In this document: positions 6,261 to 12,217 of the stretch, one piece after another | Numbering within the stretch: position 1 is the stretch's first letter | How the letters are laid out: each line of letters starts with the position of its first letter | Assembly: GCF_035285525.1 (NCBI RefSeq) | Contig: NZ_JAYKGW010000178.1 | Coordinates: forward strand, 1 to 12,217 | Source of the DNA: Okeania sp. | GTDB lineage: Bacteria > Cyanobacteriota > Cyanobacteriia > Cyanobacteriales > Microcoleaceae | Length of the DNA stretch: 12,217 bases | Reading direction: 5' to 3' | Made by a program: the position numbers and the translations under genes | Notes under the pieces: generated by a model | Databases searched by the model: none | What the model saw: the letters and a program-made list of their open reading frames with translations, nothing else | Told to the model about the DNA's origin: nothing

Positions 6261-6289
6261 TTGACAAATTTGAATAGATAAGCTAGAAT
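6261..6289 (+). promoter_or_regulatory. Near-consensus sigma70-type promoter of tRNA-Leu
   Basis: TTGACA (6261-6266), an exact 17-nt spacer, then TAGAAT (6284-6289). The predicted start is about 10 nt upstream of the mature tRNA 5' end at 6307. Confidence 0.7.
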
Positions 6290-6306
6290 AAAAAGTTGTC
6301 ACTTAT

Positions 6307-6390
6307 GCGGAACTGGCGGAATTGGTAGACGCGCTAGATTCAGGTTCTAGTGTTCGCAAGGACTTCCGGGTTCAAGTCCCGGGTTCCGCA
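6307..6390 (+). tRNA. tRNA-Leu, anticodon CAG
   Basis: I folded the cloverleaf by hand:
- acceptor stem GCGGAAC / GTTCCGC plus discriminator A;
- D arm GCG-GAATTGGTAGA-CGC;
- anticodon stem CTAGA / TCTAG with loop TTCAGGT (anticodon CAG);
- long variable arm GTTC-GCAA-GGAC;
- T arm CCGGG-TTCAAGT-CCCGG.
CCA is not encoded and there is no intron. Confidence 0.95.
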
Positions 6391-6506
6391 CTATCTTTGG
6401 TAGGAAGTAGGGAGTAGTTAGGAGCAATAGGAAATTGAGGAGTTGATTTTTCTATCATTATGTGTGTGCATAGAAAAAAAGTATTTTTACAAATATGAAA
6501 TGCACT

Positions 6507-6549
6507 CTTTTATATTTAAGATTTAGGATTTGCTGGTTAAATATAAAAG
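6507..6549. repeat. 13-bp perfect AT-rich inverted repeat with 17-nt spacer
   Basis: CTTTTATATTTAA (6507-6519) and TTAAATATAAAAG (6537-6549). It lies between tRNA-Leu and the methyltransferase gene, directly before a TTGACA hexamer at 6552. Confidence 0.8.
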
Positions 6550-6782
6550 TATTGACAGATAGGGTAACTTCTTTTTTTAGGTGTCAAAAAGTGTGCAGCT
6601 TTTAAGTAGTTCAAGTTCATTCATGTTAGTATTTTTGGTTTACTATGCTAGAAAAATAAAGGGGCTATTTTTCCGAAGACTTCCTTTTTAACTCCTATTT
6701 ATCCTAACTAATTCTTGCTCCCTAGTTTAACCAAAAGACTTTCCATAAGTAAACCCTATATTTAAGAAATAAAAAATTAACT

Positions 6783-7559
6783 GTGCTGACCAGTTTGCAA
6801 AATCCTTTGGTAAAGCAAAGTCGCCAACTTCATCAATCAAAAGGAAGGCGAGAAAAGCAATTATTTCTAGTTGAAGGAACTCATCTATTAGAAGAAGCTT
6901 GTAGAAAAGATTATCCTCTTATAACTGTTTTTTATACACCTAAATGGCAAGAAAAAAATAAATCTTTGTGTGAGTTAGTATGTCAAAAAGCTCAAAGGAT
7001 AGAATTAGTAAGTGACAGGATTATTCAATCTCTTGCTACTACGGTTAATCCTGATGGAATAGTTGCTACAGCACCACAAAGGGAGGGAAAATTTTGGCAG
7101 ATTACGACTTTAGGAATTGTTTTAGATAAAATACAAGATCCTGGTAATTTAGGAACTATAATTAGGACTGCTGTAGCCACAAATATAGATGGCTTATTTT
7201 TGAGTAGAGATAGTGTAGACTTGTATCATCCAAAAGTAGTTCGAGCATCTGCTGGAGCATGGTTTAATTTAGATAAGGTAATATCTGAAAATTTAGAGAA
7301 TGACATATTACAGTTAAAAGCTCAAGGTCTACAGGTTTTGGCGACTGTTCCTAATTCAAATATTAATTATTGGGATATAGATTTACGAAAACCTACATTA
7401 ATAGTTTTGGGAAATGAAGGTTCTGGTATTTCAAAGGATTTAATTAATTTGGCTGATTATTCTGTTAATATTCCTTTGAGTAATGGGGTAGAATCTTTAA
7501 ATGTTGCTATAAGTACAGCTATAATTTTGTATGAAGTTCAACGTCAACGTCAAATTTAA
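6783..7559 (+). CDS. TrmH/SpoU-family RNA 2'-O-methyltransferase (RlmB/TrmH-like)
   Basis: 258-aa ORF with a GTG start. It has the family-typical N-terminus (LTSLQNPLVKQSRQL...LVEGTHLLEEA) and SPOUT motifs (QDPGNLGTIIRTA, LGNEGSGIS, IPL..GVESLNVAISTAIILYE). The exact start codon and the substrate are uncertain. Confidence 0.85.
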   Translation: MLTSLQNPLVKQSRQLHQSKGRREKQLFLVEGTHLLEEACRKDYPLITVFYTPKWQEKNKSLCELVCQKAQRIELVSDRIIQSLATTVNPDGIVATAPQREGKFWQITTLGIVLDKIQDPGNLGTIIRTAVATNIDGLFLSRDSVDLYHPKVVRASAGAWFNLDKVISENLENDILQLKAQGLQVLATVPNSNINYWDIDLRKPTLIVLGNEGSGISKDLINLADYSVNIPLSNGVESLNVAISTAIILYEVQRQRQI

Positions 7560-7620
7560 TTAAAGAAGAAATTAGTTGATCAAGAGAATTAAAAGTTATT
7601 AATGAAATTGATCAGCGGCT

Positions 7621-7653
7621 AACTTTTCAATTCTTTGATTGTTGAGAAAAGTT
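7621..7653. terminator. Weak AT-rich hairpin between convergent genes (possible bidirectional terminator)
   Basis: AACTTTTC (7621-7628) pairs with GAAAAGTT (7646-7653) around a 17-nt loop. It sits between the stop of the + strand methyltransferase gene (7559) and the stop of the - strand ORF (7660). The stem is only 8 bp and AT-rich, and there is no clean U-tract. Confidence 0.3.
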
Positions 7654-7659
7654 AAAAGT

Positions 7660-7899
7660 TTACGATTGATGTTTATTGTTTGTCTGAATATAGTCATCTA
7701 TATCAGCGATCGCTGCTTCTAAATCTGATAAATTAAATTGATGTTCTTTTGATTTTTTGTGGGAATTTGTGAATTTTGAATTATAGTTATTAGTTTGATT
7801 TTCTTGGAGAACTAGATTAAGTTGTTTATCAAAGTTATCTAAAAATCTTTTGGCTGCCCGATTGCGAATATCTTTTTGATCCATATTAAATTTATCCAT
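7660..7899 (-). CDS. Hypothetical small protein, 79 aa
   Basis: ORF only. It has a charged, low-complexity middle (NNYNSKFTNSHKKSKEH) and an acidic C-terminal segment (LSDLEAAIADIDDYI). It contains a HIP1 site. No family is recognised. Confidence 0.45.
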   Translation of the reverse strand: MDKFNMDQKDIRNRAAKRFLDNFDKQLNLVLQENQTNNYNSKFTNSHKKSKEHQFNLSDLEAAIADIDDYIQTNNKHQS

Positions 7900-8005
7900 A
7901 TTAAATTTTTTCTGTTATTTGATATTATAAGTTAAGATTAAAATTGATTAAATATATATTTATACAAAAGTAGTAGAAGTTTAAAATAGAATATATTTTA
8001 TTTGA

Positions 8006-8125
8006 TATACAGCAATCCGTGTTTATGTTGTGAAAAATCAAAAAGTGAATAAAAAAACTGGAACTCCTATCTGTTCCCTAAAAGCGGTAAAAATTTTTAT
8101 ACACTAATAAAATAGGATTACTAAC
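8006..8125 (+). repeat. MITE-like family copy B (degenerate right terminal repeat)
   Basis: TATACAGCAATCCGTG...AATCAAAAAGTGAATAAAAAAACTGGAACTCCTATCTGTTCCCTAAAAGCGGTAAAAATTTTTATACAC...GGATTACTAA aligns with 6002-6118 in the same orientation. Confidence 0.6.
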
Positions 8126-8267
8126 ATAGACCTACCTACTTAGAGCAATCAGATTTTACTTTTAAGATGTTAGTGGTAATTAGGAATCAGCAACTAGAAG
8201 ATAACTAAAGTCGAAGAATTACAGTTACTGAAGATGAGACAGGAAAAACAAACTTAAAAGTATTTTG

Positions 8268-8304
<37 letters not shown>

Positions 8305-8425
8305 GTTGAGATTTAATTTTTGTTCCACGGTATTATATTATAAGCATAATCATTGGGATTGGTTAGAGCATTCCTACTCTATACATGGTTTTTGCAAACA
8401 TACTAAGAAGTTTTAGAAAACAGAA

Positions 8426-9856
8426 ATGACTCAAGAATTTGATTACGACTTAATAATTATCGGCGCTGGTGTCGGTGGACATGGTGCAGCATTACATGCT
8501 ACGAGTTGTGGCCTAAAAACAGCTATTGTGGAAGTAGCAGAAATGGGTGGTACTTGTGTGAACCGAGGTTGTATACCATCTAAAGCACTTCTGGCAGCAT
8601 CAGGTAAGGTTCGAGAGTTACGGAATGCTCACCATTTAAAGACTTTGGGGATTGAGTTGGATAATGTTTCTTATGATAGAGGGGTAATTGCTTCTCATGC
8701 TAGTAACATTGTTACTAAAATCAGAGGTGACATGACCAATAGTCTGAAACGTTTGGGTGTAGATACTATTGTAGGTTGGGGTCAGGTTACTGGAAAGCAA
8801 AAGGTTATGGTTAAGACGTCCAAGGGAGAAGAAAGTTTTTCTGCCAAAGATATTATACTTGCTCCTGGGTCAGTACCTTTTGTTCCTCGTGGAATAGAGT
8901 TGGATGGTAAGACGGTTTTTACTAGCGATGATGCTCTGAAGTTAGATTGGTTGCCGTCTTGGGTGGCTATTGTTGGTAGTGGCTATATTGGATTAGAATT
9001 TTCTGATATTTATACTGCTCTTGGTTCCGAGATTACCATGATTGAGGCATTAGATCAATTGATGCCTACTTTCGATCCAGATATTGCTAAGATTGCCACA
9101 AGGGTTCTTATTCAGTCAAGGGATATTGAGACTAAGGTTGGTAAGTTGGCGATGAAGGTGATTCCTGGGTCTCCGGTAATTATTGAACTTGCTGATGCTA
9201 AGACTAAGGAAGTAGAAGAGGTTTTAGAGGTTGATGCTTGTCTGGTTGCTACAGGCCGTATTCCTTATACGAAAGATTTGGGCCTAGATTCTGTGGGAGT
9301 TGAAACTGACCGTCGAGGTTTTATTCCAGTGGATAGTAAGATGGCAGTTTTGTCAAGTGGTGAAGTAGTTCCTAATTTATGGGCGATCGGCGATGCGACT
9401 GGAAAAATGATGTTGGCTCATGCAGCTTCTGCTCAGGGAATAACTGTGGTGGAAAATATTTGTGGTCGTGATCGGGAGGTGGATTATCTTAGCATTCCAG
9501 CGGCAGCTTTTACTCATCCAGAAATTAGTTATGTGGGGATGACTGAACCAGCAGCGAAAGATTTGGGCAAAGAACAGGGGTTTGAAGTGGCCAGTGTGAG
9601 AACTTATTTTAAGGGTAATTCTAAGGCGATCGCTGAGGGTGAAACGGATGGTGTGGCGAAAGTGATTTATCGTCAGGATACAGGAGAATTATTAGGGGTA
9701 CATATTATTGGTCTTCATGCTTCGGATTTAATTCAGGAAGCGGCAAATGCTATTGCTAAAAAGCAGTCTGTGAATGAGTTATCTTTTAATGTTCATACTC
9801 ATCCTACTTTATCTGAGGTTTTGGATGAAGCATTTAAGAGAGCTAGTGTTGGATAA
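8426..9856 (+). CDS. lpdA: Dihydrolipoyl (dihydrolipoamide) dehydrogenase, E3 component
   Basis: 476-aa ORF with an FAD-binding GAGVGG motif near the N-terminus, the redox-active disulfide motif [13 protein letters not shown], a second dinucleotide fold ([10 protein letters not shown]) and the C-terminal interface domain with the HAHPT-like HTHPTLSE. Confidence 0.95.
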   Translation: MTQEFDYDLIIIGAGVGGHGAALHATSCGLKTAIVEVAEMGGTCVNRGCIPSKALLAASGKVRELRNAHHLKTLGIELDNVSYDRGVIASHASNIVTKIRGDMTNSLKRLGVDTIVGWGQVTGKQKVMVKTSKGEESFSAKDIILAPGSVPFVPRGIELDGKTVFTSDDALKLDWLPSWVAIVGSGYIGLEFSDIYTALGSEITMIEALDQLMPTFDPDIAKIATRVLIQSRDIETKVGKLAMKVIPGSPVIIELADAKTKEVEEVLEVDACLVATGRIPYTKDLGLDSVGVETDRRGFIPVDSKMAVLSSGEVVPNLWAIGDATGKMMLAHAASAQGITVVENICGRDREVDYLSIPAAAFTHPEISYVGMTEPAAKDLGKEQGFEVASVRTYFKGNSKAIAEGETDGVAKVIYRQDTGELLGVHIIGLHASDLIQEAANAIAKKQSVNELSFNVHTHPTLSEVLDEAFKRASVG

Positions 9857-10235
9857 TTAATAATTAATAATTAATAATGAGAGATTGTTTTCATTATTAG
9901 TTATTGGAAATTTCTAAATTACTTTTTCCTCTTGAAGGGGTAATTAAGCTAAGAGTTGATAGCTAAGTGGTAAATCCTGACAATAATGATTTGGAAAAAA
10001 ATGTAGGGGTTTGGTCTCCCAACCCAAGTAAGAATGGGGTTGGTTTTCCCAAACACCTACAATAAAGAGGTTGGGATAGTTGATAATTAATAATTGATAA
10101 TTAGAGATAGTTTTTATTATTAATTATCTATTAATGAACCATAGTTTTAATTATTTCAAATCTCTAAAATTGCTTTTGATTTATTTAAAGGTAATTAAGC
10201 TAGGAGTTGATAGCTAAGTGCTAAATTTTTACAAT
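9857..10235 (+). repeat. Two spaced direct copies of a roughly 130-150 bp AT-rich repeat in the lpdA-trpC spacer
   Basis: Both copies begin with TAATTAATAATT-type sequence. Both end in the 31-mer GGTAATTAAGCTA[A/G]GAGTTGATAGCTAAGTG (9939-9969 and 10190-10220, one mismatch). Confidence 0.7.
10002..10061 (-). repeat. Long palindromic element (GTAGGGGTTTGG family); terminator-like on the minus strand
   Basis: In TGTAGGGGTTTGGTCTCCCAACCC-AAGTAAGAAT-GGGGTTGGTTTTCCCAAACACCTACA, the outer stem TGTAGG.GTTTGG pairs with CCAAAC.CCTACA and the inner CCAACCC pairs with GGGTTGG. It is preceded on the + strand by A8, which is a T8 tract after the hairpin when read on the minus strand. Confidence 0.6.
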
Positions 10236-10243
10236 TCAGAAAA

Positions 10244-10295
10244 TTGGTAGATTTAATGGTATAATCAGCAAAGTTAATACTATTAAATCTACCAA
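10244..10295 (+). promoter_or_regulatory. 19-bp-stem hairpin that contains an extended -10 motif; candidate trpC promoter or operator region
   Basis: TTGGTAGATTTAATGGTAT (10244-10262) pairs with ATACTATTAAATCTACCAA (10277-10295) with one mismatch and a 14-nt loop. TGGTATAAT (10257-10265) matches the extended -10 TGnTATAAT. No good -35 element is present. Confidence 0.4.
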
Positions 10296-10297
10296 AA

Positions 10298-10499
10298 TAT
10301 AGCAATTCTAAATTAATTAGAGCAAATTCAAAAGTAAATCAAACGGGACTTGCGCAAAGGTACTATATATAGTGTGTCGGTGCGTTGTGCGTTGTAGGCT
10401 TTACATGTCGCGTAGCAAAACACGCCCTATTAATAGCGTTCATGGGTAAATCCTGTCAAAAAAAAACTGAAACTCTTACCTATCCCTTATTCCCTATTG
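10298..10499 (+). repeat. MITE-like family copy C, interrupted by a GC-rich insert and running up to the trpC start
   Basis: TATAGCAATTC...AATTCAAAAGTAAATC [insert] AAAAAAAAACTGAAACTCTTACCTATCCCTTATTCCCTA matches the left end and central part of 6002-6118. The right terminal repeat is absent. Confidence 0.5.
10341..10457. other. GC-rich island of about 115 bp nested in the repeat (unknown element or candidate structured RNA)
   Basis: AAACGGGACTTGCGCAAAGG...GTGTGTCGGTGCGTTGTGCGTTGTAGGCTTTACATGTCGCGTAGCAAAACACGCCCTATTAATAGCGTTCATGGGTAAATCCTGTC stands out compositionally from its AT-rich surroundings. It is bracketed by GTAAATC at 10334-10340 and 10446-10452. It contains GTGCGTT x2 and the palindrome CTATTAATAG. 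Confidence 0.5.
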
Positions 10500-10510
10500 A
10501 TTTTAAATAA

Positions 10511-11398
10511 ATGCAAATTCGTCGTCTTCAACCAAACCCAGCGATAGAAATGGGTGACATACGTTATGAAGTCTCTGTACCAAAGTCAAAAGCTCAAAAT
10601 ATTCTGGAGGAAATTGTTTGGTATAAAGAAAAAGAGGTAGATTATTTCCGTGAGAAAACACCTTTAGTTGATTTAAGAAAAAAGATTAACTTAATGCCTC
10701 CTCCTCTTGATTTTTTAGCTAAATTATCAACAGGAAAAACTCAACCTGCGGTAATAGCTGAAGTGAAAAAAGCTTCTCCTAGTAAAGGAGTAATTAGAGA
10801 AGATTTTGAACCAGTTAATATTGCTAAATCATATCAAGAAAATGGTGCAAATTGTATCTCAGTTTTAACGGATAAAAAGTTTTTTCAAGGTGGGTTTGAA
10901 AATTTAGAGAATATTCGAGCAAATGTTGATTTACCACTTCTTTGTAAAGATTTTCTGATTTATCCATATCAAATATATTTTGCTCGTTTACATGGAGCTG
11001 ATGCTGTATTATTAATTGCGGCAATTTTATCAGACCAAGACTTAAAATATTTTATTAAAATCGTTAATTCTTTAGGAATGACAGCTTTGGTTGAGGTTCA
11101 TACCTTGGAAGAGTTAGATAGGGTATTAGCAATAGATGGAGTTAAGTTAGTTGGTATAAATAATCGAAATTTAACAGATTTTTCAGTAGATTTACAAACA
11201 ACTTGTAAGTTGATGGAAGCTAGGAAAAAAGATTTACAGGAATTTGGTGTACTGGTTGTTAGTGAATCAGGAATACATACTTCTGAAGATATTAAAATTG
11301 TGAAAAATGCTGGTGCTAATGCTGTTTTAATTGGTGAATCTTTAATTAAAAAAACAAATCCTGGTGCAGCATTGTTAGAACTATTTACTGAAAAGTAA
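10511..11398 (+). CDS. trpC: Indole-3-glycerol-phosphate synthase
   Basis: 295-aa ORF with the cyanobacterial-type N-terminus MQIRR...[13 protein letters not shown] and IGPS motifs: [49 protein letters not shown]. Confidence 0.95.
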   Translation: MQIRRLQPNPAIEMGDIRYEVSVPKSKAQNILEEIVWYKEKEVDYFREKTPLVDLRKKINLMPPPLDFLAKLSTGKTQPAVIAEVKKASPSKGVIREDFEPVNIAKSYQENGANCISVLTDKKFFQGGFENLENIRANVDLPLLCKDFLIYPYQIYFARLHGADAVLLIAAILSDQDLKYFIKIVNSLGMTALVEVHTLEELDRVLAIDGVKLVGINNRNLTDFSVDLQTTCKLMEARKKDLQEFGVLVVSESGIHTSEDIKIVKNAGANAVLIGESLIKKTNPGAALLELFTEK

Positions 11399-11447
11399 GG
11401 AAGGAGGAAGGAGGAAGGAGGAAGGAGGAAGGAGGAAGGAGGAAGAA
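11399..11447. repeat. (GGAAGGA)n heptamer tandem repeat: six perfect units plus one imperfect, all-purine on the + strand
   Basis: Read directly. GGAAGGA units run from 11399 to 11440, followed by GGAAGAA at 11441-11447. The array starts at the base after the trpC TAA stop (11396-11398). Confidence 0.95.
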
Positions 11448-11581
11448 AAGTTAAATAAAGACTAATTAGTGGAAACTAAGTAATCTAATACTAAACTAGC
11501 TTTATAAAGAGGGTTAATTATGAATACTTATACTGAGAGTAAAGATATTATAGTCATAAAAAATCATTAGTCAGAAAAACC

Positions 11582-11610
11582 TGTAGGGGTTTGGAGACCA
11601 AACTCCTATG
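11582..11610 (-). repeat. Short member of the GTAGGGGTTTGG palindrome family; terminator-like on the minus strand
   Basis: TAGGGGTTTGG (11584-11594) pairs with CCAAACTCCTA (11598-11608), an 11-bp stem with one G-T pair and an AGA loop. On the minus strand the hairpin is followed by GGTTTTTC. Confidence 0.6.
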
Positions 11611-11799
11611 ATCGAATCTTACAACTTATTTAGGATTGGTATATAGAGGAAATTGAAATATCTAATTATATTATCATAAACTTAGAGACGAATTTTTTTT
11701 CTTACACCTTTATTTATCGCAAATCTCTTACCTATCTCTTATTTTTTATTTCCAATTTCTGCAATAAATCTAACAAAAATATCTAACAGCTATTTAAAA

Positions 11800-12033
11800 A
11801 TGGAACCAATACCAATACCTTCTCGCATTCATTATGAACTACTACTTCAGTTATTAGAAAAAAAGACAATTTTGGCAGTAAATTATCAGACAAAAGAGTA
11901 TCAAAAAATTCAAGAACTTATTGTGGCAGTTAGAAAAGCTTTAGTGCTGCAAAAACAATTAGAAGAAATTTGTCAAGAAACTAATTTACCCATAGAATAC
12001 CACTGGTCTCTTAATGAAGGCAAAAAAGATTAA
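11800..12033 (+). CDS. Hypothetical protein, 77 aa
   Basis: ORF only. The predicted protein is helical and charged (ELLLQLLEKK, QELIVAVRKALVLQKQLEEICQE). No family is recognised. Confidence 0.4.
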   Translation: MEPIPIPSRIHYELLLQLLEKKTILAVNYQTKEYQKIQELIVAVRKALVLQKQLEEICQETNLPIEYHWSLNEGKKD

Positions 12034-12124
12034 TAGATTATTGTTAGTATTTTTAAATGATATGTAAATCTAGATTGAGTTTTTTTATAAGAATAATTAT
12101 TGTCTTAATTATCTAAGAATATTT

Positions 12125-12157
12125 GCATTAAAGCTATTATTATTTAATGCTATTTTT
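12125..12157 (+). terminator. Weak candidate intrinsic terminator
   Basis: GCATTAAA (12125-12132) pairs with TTTAATGC (12143-12150) around a 10-nt loop, followed by TATTTTT (12151-12157). The stem has only two G-C pairs. Confidence 0.3.
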
Positions 12158-12217
12158 CCCTGTTAAATTTTCACTTTTGCCTTTCTAATAAATAAAAATC
12201 AGTTATCGCATTTTTAA

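Noticed and set aside
6552-6580. TTGACA at 6552 as the -35 of a promoter for the methyltransferase gene.
   Set aside because: The hexamer at 17-nt spacing is TTTTAG, a poor -10. No better -10 lies at 16-18 nt, so it is left as an observation only.
6307-6782. tRNA-Leu as an integration site for a genomic island, or a group I intron in tRNA-Leu.
   Set aside because: I found no duplicated copy of the tRNA 3' end downstream and no integrase. The tRNA is uninterrupted with anticodon CAG, whereas the classical cyanobacterial intron is in tRNA-Leu(UAA).
9383-9390. A fourth HIP1 site.
   Set aside because: The sequence is GCGATCGG, a 7/8 match only, so it is not counted among the perfect sites.
10442-10510. 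A 22-codon uORF (MGKSCQKKTETLTYPLFPIDFK) whose TAA stop directly abuts the trpC ATG. It could be a leader peptide, attenuator or translational coupling.
   Set aside because: It contains no Trp codons, so it is not a classical trp attenuator. It is composed of repeat-derived sequence, has no SD, and no alternative terminator/antiterminator pair was found. The TAAATG junction is real but most simply coincidental.
10824-11024. Track ORF 10824-11024 (-), antisense inside trpC.
   Set aside because: It is embedded opposite a confidently identified conserved gene and has no protein-like features.

Overview
This is an AT-rich segment (about one-third G+C by eye, not computed) that looks like cyanobacterial chromosome. 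Three perfect HIP1 octamers (GCGATCGC) are present. So are heptamer tandem repeats like the STRRs (short tandemly repeated repetitive sequences) of filamentous cyanobacteria, and the housekeeping proteins look typically cyanobacterial. Low coding density plus a heavy repeat load resembles a Trichodesmium-like filamentous genome, but that is a guess. Confident genes are: a membrane-anchored Ser/Thr kinase with a C-terminal pentapeptide-repeat domain (447-2456, -), tRNA-Leu(CAG) with a near-consensus promoter (6307-6390, +), a TrmH/SpoU-family RNA 2'-O-methyltransferase (6783-7559, +), dihydrolipoyl dehydrogenase lpdA (8426-9856, +) and indole-3-glycerol-phosphate synthase trpC (10511-11398, +). 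Less certain genes are: a 70-aa four-Cys protein, a 262-aa doubly membrane-anchored coiled-coil protein, two small hypothetical ORFs, and a 59-aa two-helix membrane protein (3392-3571, -) that falls just below the ORF-track cutoff. A frameshifted, truncated remnant of a restriction-modification-like gene lies at about 3794-4203 (-). Only about 55% of the window is plausibly coding. The rest is a mosaic of non-coding repeats:
- a 154-161 bp tandem unit that also reappears on the other side of the kinase gene;
- a roughly 117-bp MITE-like (miniature inverted-repeat element) family with 11-bp terminal inverted repeats, found upstream of four same-strand genes, one copy carrying a nested GC-rich insert;
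- terminator-like GTAGGGGTTTGG palindromes oriented antisense to the flanking genes;
- AT-rich TAATTAATAATTAGAGATAG repeats;
- a polypurine (GGAAGGA)n heptamer array abutting the trpC stop codon;
- an (ATTT)8 microsatellite.
I do not see a coherent multi-gene novel system such as a defence, toxin-antitoxin, CRISPR or biosynthetic cluster. The unusual content is the non-coding repeat and candidate-RNA layer, and all functional readings of it are inference.
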